This document shows, piece after piece, positions 8,718-16,252 of a stretch of DNA of 64,000 bases. The DNA is from Firmicutes bacterium UBA2203 (GTDB taxonomy: Bacteria; Bacillota; Desulfotomaculia; Desulfotomaculales; Nap2-2B). The stretch spans positions 62,845 to 126,844 of the forward strand of contig DCUX01000008.1 of NCBI GenBank assembly GCA_002327235.1, written 5' to 3'. The position numbers and the translations under genes were made by a program. Position 1 is the stretch's first letter, and each line of letters opens with the position of its first letter. Below the pieces are notes generated by a model. That model ran no database searches. It was given only the letters and a program-made list of their open reading frames with translations, and was not told where the DNA came from.

Positions 8718-8795
8718 AAGGGCAAACCCACTGAAAGGTGGGGGCGCAAAGCCTACAGGCCTAAGGTTTTAAGCTATGGTGGCTGGGTTGCCAAG
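8718..8795 (+). promoter_or_regulatory. c-di-GMP-I (GEMM-I) riboswitch
   Basis: AAGGGCAAACCCACTGAAAGGTGGGGGCGCAAAGCCTACAGGCCTAAGG....GGTGGCTGGGTTGCC. It shows the GGCAAAC/GTTGCC P1 helix, a GAAA tetraloop hairpin, GCGCAAAGCC, and a CCTAAG tetraloop receptor. Confidence 0.85.
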
Positions 8796-8813
8796 GTTCT
8801 TTTTTTTTAAAGT

Positions 8814-8845
8814 AACCTGTCTATCCATAGACAGGTTTTTATTTT
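8814..8845 (+). terminator. Intrinsic terminator (probable expression platform of the riboswitch)
   Basis: AACCTGTCTA-TCCA-TAGACAGGTT followed by TTTTATTTT, between the aptamer and the GH16 gene. Confidence 0.75.
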
Positions 8846-8949
8846 AAAAAAGAAAGGGACGAGTTAAAATAAAATATATTAATAAGATTTGGTTAATAGG
8901 GTGGTTATTTTTTTTAATTACCCTATTACCTGCAGGAGTTTCAAAGGCA

Positions 8950-9579
8950 ATGGCAAATAACGTTAATGCAACGTATATACCGTCAGATTTTCGAGATGAT
9001 TTTATTGATTTTGATACCAACCGCTGGCTTAAAAGTAGTCATAACTTAGGGCGTAGTTATCTTGACCCTGATAATTTAAGCGTAAGTGATGGTTTTTTAA
9101 AAATAAAAATTCCCGCCACTACCCTAAATGGCGGAGAAATTGAATCACAAGAATTTTATAAGTACGGAAGTTACCGCATAAGAATGAAGCTTCCTTACGC
9201 TCCATCCTCAATTACCGCCTTCTTTTTGTACCGGCAACCCGATTACTTTAATGAAATTGATATTGAAATATATAACGATGACTCCCGAAAAATTGATTTT
9301 GTGGTTTTTTCCGGGGGAAGACGCTCCCATTACGTAACGAAAACATTAAGTTTTGACCCTACCAGTGAGTTTCACGAATACCGTTTTGACTTTGACCGTA
9401 AAGAATTAAAATTTTATGTAGACAACCAACTTTATCAGAGTTGGAGAAACAGCCTACCTACAGATTCCATGAAGTTATTGGCTAGCACCTGGTTGCCCAC
9501 CTGGTTGCCAGGAACTTCTCCCGAGGTCGATCAATACACTTTAGTTGACTGGATCCAAGTAATAAACAAGAATAGATAA
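8950..9579 (+). CDS. Glycoside hydrolase family 16 (beta-glucanase/laminarinase-like)
   Basis: NEIDIEI matches the GH16 E-x-D-x-x-E catalytic motif, with a beta-jelly-roll-like sequence throughout. The in-frame upstream sequence encodes a signal peptide without a canonical start (see findings). Confidence 0.8.
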   Translation: MANNVNATYIPSDFRDDFIDFDTNRWLKSSHNLGRSYLDPDNLSVSDGFLKIKIPATTLNGGEIESQEFYKYGSYRIRMKLPYAPSSITAFFLYRQPDYFNEIDIEIYNDDSRKIDFVVFSGGRRSHYVTKTLSFDPTSEFHEYRFDFDRKELKFYVDNQLYQSWRNSLPTDSMKLLASTWLPTWLPGTSPEVDQYTLVDWIQVINKNR

Positions 9580-10635
9580 TTAAATATACCGGACTACCAA
9601 ATCACCAACTTCGGAAGTAGTATAGCCCATTTCACCGGCGGCTAAACTTCTCAGGTGCCGGGCACAAACCTGCTCCACCGCATTTTCTACCGTTTGAGAG
9701 GCTTTTTCTTCCCCTAAGTGTTCAAGCATCATGGCCGCGGCGCAAATAGCCGCCAGCGGGTTAATCATGTTTTTTCCGGTATACTTGGGGGCCGAACCGC
9801 CAATAGGTTCAAACATGGAAACCCCTTGCGGGTTAATGTTCCCGCCGGCCGCAATTCCCATGCCCCCTTGAATCATAGCCCCTAAATCGGTGATAATGTC
9901 TCCAAACATGTTATCGGTAACAATGACGTCAAACCATTCAGGATTTTTTACCATCCACATACAAGTAGCGTCTACGTGGGCGTAATCTCTTTTTATCTCC
10001 GGGTAGGCGGCCCCAACTTCGTGAAATACCCTTTCCCAAAGATCAAAGGCGTAAGTAAGCACATTTGTTTTCCCGCACAAAGTTACCTTTTTCTGACGGT
10101 TTCTTTTCCGGCAGTATTCAAAGGCGTAACGGATACATCTTTCTACCCCTTGACGGGTATTTATTGAAGTTTGGATGGCTACCTCATCCGGCGTTCCTTT
10201 TTTAAGAAATCCTCCGCTGCCCGTATATAAACCCTCCGTATTTTCCCGTACTACCACAAAGTTAATGTCTTGCGGCCCTTTATCTTTAAGAGGAGTATCC
10301 ACCCCGGGATATAATTTTACGGGCCTTAGGTTTATATATAAATCAAGTTCAAAGCGCAAGCGCAGCAAAATTCCTTTTTCTAATATACCTGGTTTTACCG
10401 CCGGATGACCAATGGCCCCTAAATAAATGGCGCGAAAACCTTTAAGCTCTTCCAGGCTGCTGTCCGGTAAAGTCTCCTGGGTACGTAAATAACGTTCGCC
10501 ACCATAATCATAGGTAGTCATTTCTAATTTAAAACTATTCCGTTCGGCGGCGGCGTTTAGAACTTTTATTCCTTCATTCACCTGTTCCGGACCGGTTCCG
10601 TCTCCCGGAATTACGGCAATTTTATAGCTGGTCAT
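9580..10635 (-). CDS. Isocitrate/isopropylmalate dehydrogenase family enzyme (tartrate / D-malate dehydrogenase-like)
   Basis: [14 protein letters not shown]-terminus and [28 protein letters not shown] signature. Second ATG (10635) chosen because the AGGAGAGA SD abuts the first ATG. Confidence 0.8.
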   Translation of the reverse strand: MTSYKIAVIPGDGTGPEQVNEGIKVLNAAAERNSFKLEMTTYDYGGERYLRTQETLPDSSLEELKGFRAIYLGAIGHPAVKPGILEKGILLRLRFELDLYINLRPVKLYPGVDTPLKDKGPQDINFVVVRENTEGLYTGSGGFLKKGTPDEVAIQTSINTRQGVERCIRYAFEYCRKRNRQKKVTLCGKTNVLTYAFDLWERVFHEVGAAYPEIKRDYAHVDATCMWMVKNPEWFDVIVTDNMFGDIITDLGAMIQGGMGIAAGGNINPQGVSMFEPIGGSAPKYTGKNMINPLAAICAAAMMLEHLGEEKASQTVENAVEQVCARHLRSLAAGEMGYTTSEVGDLVVRYI

Positions 10636-10737
10636 AAACATTCTCTCCTAGTTTTAATTTAATTTTATATTGAATCTTACCGTAAAATTAAGCCGGTGTA
10701 AATATGGTATAATTTAATTAGTAGAAGGAGGTATTGG

Positions 10738-11676
10738 ATGAGATTGGATTTAAAGGAAGCTTCGGATAGGCAGAATGACTGCTCTACGGCTGTTTACTTG
10801 ATTGATTTGCCTCAGGATATGATGGGTTTTAGAAAATTTATCAGTTCCTGGGTAGTTTTAACCAAGGATTATAATTTTCTGGTTGATGTAGGACCGTCCT
10901 CTACTATACCGGTTTTAATAAAAAAAATGGAAAGCCTTGGTGTAAATTTGATAGATTATGTCTTTTTAACCCATATCCATTTAGACCATGCTGGGGGAAT
11001 AGGTCATCTTATAGAACGTTTTCCAAAACTAAAAGTGGTTGCTCACGAAAAAAGTAAATCCCACCTTTTAAATCCCGAAATCATTTGGGAAGGGAGCAAA
11101 AAAACGCTAGGTGAAGTTGCCGTAAAATACGGGGAAATAAAACCGGTTCCTTTAGAAAACCTGGTTGATGGGGCGGGGAATATGGTAAAAATTATTGATA
11201 CCCCTGGACATGCCGCCCATCACCTTTCCTTTCAGTTTCAGGATATCCTTTTTGCGGGTGAAGCAGGCGGGGTATATCTTAATGGGCTTAATGAAAATGA
11301 ATTCTACCTGAGGCCGGCAACGCCCCCTAGATTCTTTTTTGAAACTGCCAATAGCTCCCTTGATAAATTGCTGGCCTTAAATGCCGAAAAGATTTGCTAT
11401 GGACACTATGGCTTTGCCCGGGACGCTAACAAAATGCTTAACTTTTACCGGAACCAGATATTTTTATGGAAGGATATTATAAAAACCGTAATTGATGAAT
11501 CCATTCATAAAAGTAATGAAGAAATTGCTTTGCTTTCATTTAAGAAATTGTTAAAGGAAGATAGAATCTTTGCCGGATACCTTAAGCTGGATAAAGATAT
11601 TCAGCAACGGGAAAGGTATTTTGTTTTAAATAGTATTAAGGGATTTCTGGGGTACTTAAGAAGGGAGCAAGATTAA
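10738..11676 (+). CDS. MBL-fold metallo-hydrolase
   Basis: THIHLDHAGG (HxHxDH) and a downstream TPGHAAHH motif. Confidence 0.8.
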   Translation: MRLDLKEASDRQNDCSTAVYLIDLPQDMMGFRKFISSWVVLTKDYNFLVDVGPSSTIPVLIKKMESLGVNLIDYVFLTHIHLDHAGGIGHLIERFPKLKVVAHEKSKSHLLNPEIIWEGSKKTLGEVAVKYGEIKPVPLENLVDGAGNMVKIIDTPGHAAHHLSFQFQDILFAGEAGGVYLNGLNENEFYLRPATPPRFFFETANSSLDKLLALNAEKICYGHYGFARDANKMLNFYRNQIFLWKDIIKTVIDESIHKSNEEIALLSFKKLLKEDRIFAGYLKLDKDIQQRERYFVLNSIKGFLGYLRREQD

Positions 11677-11913
11677 GGATAATTGAAAATAAAAAGATGC
11701 TCCTATCATTAACTTTCAGATGCGCCGTCAGCCAAGATAGTTTAATTTATGAGATTTAAAATGGGAGGGGATAGTTATTAAGCCTATTAATCATAGGAAC
11801 AATCACAAATGTTTTCGTGTTTTAATTGACCAGTGGTCATTTTTTTGTTTACCATTTGATATAATAACACAAGCAAGATAATAAATAATGTTATTTGCAA
11901 GGAAGGTAGCAAT

Positions 11914-12117
11914 ATGAAGGTTAAAATTTATCTCGAACCGAGTAATGAAGGAGGATATACTGTAATTGTCCCCTCATTACCTGGTTGTATATCTGAGGGA
12001 GAAACAAAAGAGGAAGCCATAAAAAACATCAAAGAGGCAATCGAGCTTTATTTAGAACCTGTAGAGGATGATGTCTTAGCCATTTCTAATGCGGAAGAAT
12101 TTGAACTAGCAATATGA
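11914..12117 (+). CDS. hicB: HicB-family antitoxin (UPF0150-type, no DNA-binding extension)
   Basis: 67 aa. YTVIVPSLPGCISEGETKEEAIKNIKEAIELYLE is the classic HicB N-domain. 4-nt overlap with hicA. Confidence 0.75.
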   Translation: MKVKIYLEPSNEGGYTVIVPSLPGCISEGETKEEAIKNIKEAIELYLEPVEDDVLAISNAEEFELAI

Positions 12118-12341
12118 GCAAAGTTCCCAGCCTGAATTATGATAAGGTGATCAAGGCATTACAACGTGATGGGTGGGTAGTAGTCCGCCAACAAGGTTCA
12201 CATATTAGATTACAAAAGCATAGAGAAAATGAGGTACTGAAAATAATAGTGCCAGCACACAAGCCTATTAAACGGTCAACTTTATCTCATATCCTTAAAC
12301 AGGCTCGAATGACTTTAGACGACTTTCTTAAAAAATTATAA
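12114..12341 (+). CDS. hicA: HicA-family mRNA interferase toxin
   Basis: 75 aa. VIKALQRDGWVVVRQQGSHIRLQK matches the HicA signature (G-S-H). Confidence 0.8.
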   Translation: MSKVPSLNYDKVIKALQRDGWVVVRQQGSHIRLQKHRENEVLKIIVPAHKPIKRSTLSHILKQARMTLDDFLKKL

Positions 12342-12637
12342 TTTCGCTAACCAGGCGCTGTGTCTGACCGCCAACAAAGTAGCGGTTTTACATCGAAAAT
12401 CTTAATTTTCAAATGGTTAAAGATTCTTTGATCGTCTGAATACTCAAAATGAACGCCCACCTGTCTTTGCTGGTTGAGATATTCACCTTGGGCATGAAAC
12501 AGGCTAAAGACAGGCACTTTGAAAAATGCCTCTCTATTGCAAAAGTGTGCTGATTCTGAAGGGTAAGTTTTAAACAATAAATTACTCGCGTTGAAAAAAT
12601 GCTTATGCGTGCTAATTAATAAAAATAGTAGTGGGGG

Positions 12638-13168
12638 GTGCCCATTATAAAAATAAATACCCTTGAAATTAAAAACTTTAGGAATCTAGACGGCATTAAG
12701 CTAAGCTTTGACCCGGTAATAAATTTTCTGGTCGGGGAAACCAATTTAGGGAAATCCAATTTATTAAAATTATTGAATACCCTCTTTAACAGGACAAGCT
12801 TTAGTGAAACTGATTTTAACGACTGTAAAGAGCCAATCGAAATTTTTCTAAAACTAACTTTAGATGATACCGAAATAGGATTATTTGAAGACTTATTTGA
12901 TCCTCAGGAAAGCAAAACTATAAATATAATAGCCAGGCAAGAAACGATTGACGATAATATTCAATTTTTTCATCAAGAAAGTGACACAAATATCCCTCCC
13001 AGTTCGGTCAAAAGCTTAAACTATATCTATTATGATTCATTGAGAAGTCCGACAAGCGAGTTGACCTTCAATAGCCTTGAAAACGCAGGAATCAACTATT
13101 TCTACGGATTATATTCGGACGAGATAGATGAATCCATTATTCGGGGAAAGAACGGGATACATATGTGA
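12638..13168 (+). pseudogene. Truncated OLD/RecF-like AAA ATPase (N-terminal 176 codons only)
   Basis: IKNFRNLDGIKLSF..INFLVGETNLGKSNLL (Walker A of the OLD-family/DUF2813-type ATPases). The ORF stops long before the expected ATPase C-half and Toprim nuclease. Confidence 0.5.
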
Positions 13169-13354
13169 GTTGTTTGCTATCTTTGCCAGGCATTGAAACA
13201 TTAGCAAACCGAGAGATTAAAGCAAGAAATTGCCGCCCTGGAGGCAAAGATGCACAGGGAATCTCAGTTTAACCGAAAAGTAGAATACAACCTCTAGCTT
13301 CAGGAGAAAAGGAAATAACTGGAGAAAATATTGGGGGTAAGGTAGGTTGTACTT

Positions 13355-13432
13355 ATGAAGAAGCGCAGGATTGAATACCTGGCCGGGTCGGGAAAGATGG
13401 ACGGTAACGGCAACCGGCTCTTCCTAAATTAA
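13355..13432 (+). pseudogene. 25-codon remnant homologous to the Type III Mod gene
   Basis: MKKRRIEYLAGSGKMDGNGNRLFLN aligns with Mod residues FKQSREEYLTGSGQVDGDGNRLFQN (nt 14721-14786). The nucleotide string GGCAACCGGCTCTTCC is shared. Confidence 0.55.
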
Positions 13433-13509
13433 TGGTTATTTTTCTTGACATTACTAGACTAATATGGCTACAATTATAACAGATATGTTATTAAAGTGAG
13501 TTTGTTCTA

Positions 13510-13886
13510 ATGTCCTGGGAAATCGAGCTGTACCAAACCGATTCGGGAAACCAGATCATAAATTGTAGGGGCGTATTGCAATACGCCCCTACATTGCTGA
13601 TTTAAAATCAGGAGAACAGGCAAAAATAGCCCGGTCTTTTTATCTTTTAGAAGAATACGGCCTGGGAATTGGAATGCCTTATATCAAACTTCTTCCAGGC
13701 ACTGGTGGTCTTTGGGAATTACGCGTTTCCTTCGGAGGTCAATCACTTCGGTTATTGTTTTTTATAGAAGGTAATCTTCTAGTCATAGTCCATGCGTTTT
13801 TCAAGAAAACCGCCAAAACATCCCTGAAAGAAATAAATACGGCAATTAACCGGATGAAAGATTTTAAGCGAAGGAGTGAATCTTAG
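13510..13886 (+). pseudogene. HigB/Gp49-like (RelE/ParE superfamily) toxin gene interrupted by a palindromic element
   Basis: The N-part MSWEIELYQTDSGNQIIN (frame 1) and the C-part ..ADLKSGEQAKIARSFYLLEEYGLGIGMPYIKLLPGTGGLWELRV... (frame 0) are separated by the palindrome. Removing nt 13564-13595 (32 nt) gives one 114-aa ORF. Confidence 0.6.
13564..13593. repeat. 30-nt perfect palindrome TGTAGGGGCGTATTG|CAATACGCCCCTACA (GGGCGT palindrome family) inserted in a coding region
   Basis: Self-complementary by inspection. Near-identical arms occur at 34507-34534. Confidence 0.8.
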
Positions 13887-14155
13887 TGAAGTGGCGTGAT
13901 TTTAAAAATGAATTGATGAAAGACTCAGCGTTTAAAGAAGCATACGATGATCTGGAACCAGAATATCAGATCGTGAGGTTCATCATCGAGCGGCGAAACC
14001 AAAAAAGAATGACCCAAGCTGAATTAGCCCGGAAAGCAGGTACCCGCCAATCAGCTATCGCCAGGCTAGAAAGCGGGACATATAATCCTTCTTTGCGTTT
14101 TTTAAAGAAGGTGGCTAAAGCACTTGATGCACAAGTAAAAATATCGCTAAAATAA
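13886..14155 (+). CDS. XRE-family HTH antitoxin (HigA-like)
   Basis: 89 aa. MTQAELARKAGTRQSAIARLESG helix-turn-helix. Its start overlaps the toxin stop (TAGTG). Confidence 0.8.
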   Translation: MKWRDFKNELMKDSAFKEAYDDLEPEYQIVRFIIERRNQKRMTQAELARKAGTRQSAIARLESGTYNPSLRFLKKVAKALDAQVKISLK

Positions 14156-14294
14156 ATTCATTAAGGTGAATGCCGGTGTTTTCATTACCGGCCCGGGGGT
14201 GAGCCTGTTTGCGTTCGGTACGCACGGGCAGGTGCAGGCAGATTAGCACGACAGATAGACGAACACGCGCAATGGCAGAAGGAAGGTTTTGCTT

Positions 14295-16238
14295 ATGGAG
14301 AAGCTGAAAATGGAGACTAAAGACCTGATTCGGGAAAACATAGAAAAACTAGCGGAAATGTTCCCGGACGTTATTACCGAGACGAGGGACGAAAAGGGGA
14401 ACCTGATCAAAGCCGTTGACTTTGAGCTGTTAAAACAGGAGTTGTCCGGCCGGGTGGTGGAAGGGGACGGGGAGCGCTACCAACTCACCTGGCCCGGCAA
14501 AAAGGAAGCCATGCTCCTGACCAACCTGCCCACCAACAGAACCCTGCGTCCCGCTAAAGAAGAAAGTATGGACTGGGAGAAAACCGGCAACATCTATATC
14601 GAGGGGGACAACCTGGAAGCCCTCATAATCCTGCAGGAATCCTACCTCAACAAGATCAAGCTCATCTATATCGACCCCCCTTACAACACTGGGAAAGATT
14701 TCATTTACAAAGATAATTTCAAGCAGAGCAGGGAAGAGTACCTGACCGGATCGGGACAGGTGGACGGCGACGGCAACCGGCTCTTCCAGAACACCGAGTC
14801 CAACGGGCGCTTCCATAGTGACTGGCTGAGCATGATATATCCCCGGTTAAAGCTGGCTAGAAATCTTCTGCGTGAGGACGGGGTGATATTTATCAGTATT
14901 GATGATAATGAAGTACATAATTTGAGGAAGATTTGTGATGAGGTGTTTGGGGAGAGAAATATTGTTGGTCAAATTACAGTTCAAAGTAACCCTAGAGGTT
15001 CACAGGCAAGTAAATACATGGCTGATGTTCATGAATATCTATTGATATATTCTAAAAACATAAACTCTTTTACGATTATAGGCCACATTAAAGACAAAAA
15101 CATTTTATCAGAATACTCCTATACATACAAAGATGGAAGAAAGTTTAGATTGTTAGGTCTTCGGCAACGTGGAGGAGCATGGAGGAGAGAACATAGGCCA
15201 AATATGTATTTTCCGATTTATGTTAACCCTCAAACTGGAAAGGTTTCTCTTGAAAAAAATAATGAATTTACAGTGGAGGTATTACCTAAAAGGCCATCTG
15301 GTGAAGAAAGCAGGTGGACATGGAGTAAAAAGAAAGTGCTAGAAAATAGAGAGTTGTTAGTAGGAAGAAAAGTTAATAGAGAAGGGTTAGAAGATTTTTG
15401 GGATGTTTTTAGAATTGATTTTTTAGAAGATGAAGATGGAAAAATGAAAACATCAAAAGTTAAAACAATGTGGATAGATAAAGAAATAAATTATCAAAAT
15501 GGTAGGACGGAAATAAAGGAGTTATTTGATGGTCTGGATATTTTTGATTTTCCTAAACCCACTTATTTAGTTAAGAAAATATTAAGTACACTTGAGGATT
15601 CTGGTTTAATCCTCGACTTCTTCGCCGGCTCCGCCACTACCGCCCACGCCGTCATGCAGCTTAATGCCGAAGACGGGGGCAACCGGAAATACATCATGGT
15701 CCAGTTGCCCGAACCCTGCCCTAAAGATTCCGAAGCTTACAGGACAGGGCTTAAGAACATCTCCGAGATCGGCAAGGAGCGCATCAGGAGGGCGGCCAAA
15801 AAGATCAAAGAAGAAACCGGTACTGATATCGATTACGGTTTCCGGGTATTCAAGGTGGACTCCTCCAACATGAAGGATGTCTATTACCGCCCGGACGAAC
15901 TGTTGCAGCAAAATTTGTTCAGAATGATCGATAACATCAAAGAAGACCGGACAGCAGAAGACCTTTTGATTCAGGTCATGCTGGAATGGGGCCTGGAACT
16001 CTCCCTGCCTATGGAGAAAAAGAATATTTTTAACAAAGAAGTCCACTTTGTGGCTGGCAACTCCCTGGCGGCCTGCTTTGATGAAGGCGTTTCCGAGGAG
16101 TTGGTCCGAGAGATTGCCAGGGAAAAGCCTTTGCGGGCGGTGTTCCGGGACAGCTCTTTTGCCGGTGACGCAGCGCGGATAAACGTAGAGGAACTGTTTA
16201 AGATGCTTTCCCCCACCACCGAAATAAAGGTTATTTAG
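14295..16238 (+). CDS. mod: Type III restriction-modification DNA methyltransferase (Mod, N6-adenine type)
   Basis: IYIDPPYNTG (motif IV) precedes DFFAGSATTAHAV (motif I), the beta-class order of Type III Mod. ATG 14295 follows a GAAGGAAGG SD (track TTG 14289). Confidence 0.9.
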   Translation: MEKLKMETKDLIRENIEKLAEMFPDVITETRDEKGNLIKAVDFELLKQELSGRVVEGDGERYQLTWPGKKEAMLLTNLPTNRTLRPAKEESMDWEKTGNIYIEGDNLEALIILQESYLNKIKLIYIDPPYNTGKDFIYKDNFKQSREEYLTGSGQVDGDGNRLFQNTESNGRFHSDWLSMIYPRLKLARNLLREDGVIFISIDDNEVHNLRKICDEVFGERNIVGQITVQSNPRGSQASKYMADVHEYLLIYSKNINSFTIIGHIKDKNILSEYSYTYKDGRKFRLLGLRQRGGAWRREHRPNMYFPIYVNPQTGKVSLEKNNEFTVEVLPKRPSGEESRWTWSKKKVLENRELLVGRKVNREGLEDFWDVFRIDFLEDEDGKMKTSKVKTMWIDKEINYQNGRTEIKELFDGLDIFDFPKPTYLVKKILSTLEDSGLILDFFAGSATTAHAVMQLNAEDGGNRKYIMVQLPEPCPKDSEAYRTGLKNISEIGKERIRRAAKKIKEETGTDIDYGFRVFKVDSSNMKDVYYRPDELLQQNLFRMIDNIKEDRTAEDLLIQVMLEWGLELSLPMEKKNIFNKEVHFVAGNSLAACFDEGVSEELVREIAREKPLRAVFRDSSFAGDAARINVEELFKMLSPTTEIKVI

Positions 16239-16252
16239 GCAGGTGAAAAGGA

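Noticed and set aside
12347-12577. 76-aa minus-strand ORF between hicA and the OLD-like fragment
   Set aside because: No SD and no recognisable motif. It could be another gene remnant of the island, but I cannot support a call.
14430-16219. Long antisense ORFs inside mod (14430-14816, 15606-16046, 15971-16219) and a same-strand out-of-frame ORF (15664-15873)
   Set aside because: They lie only in the GC-rich ends of mod, where stop codons are rare in all frames. Their products are low-complexity (Gly/Pro/Arg/Val-rich) and lack starts with an SD. The Mod frame carries the real motifs.
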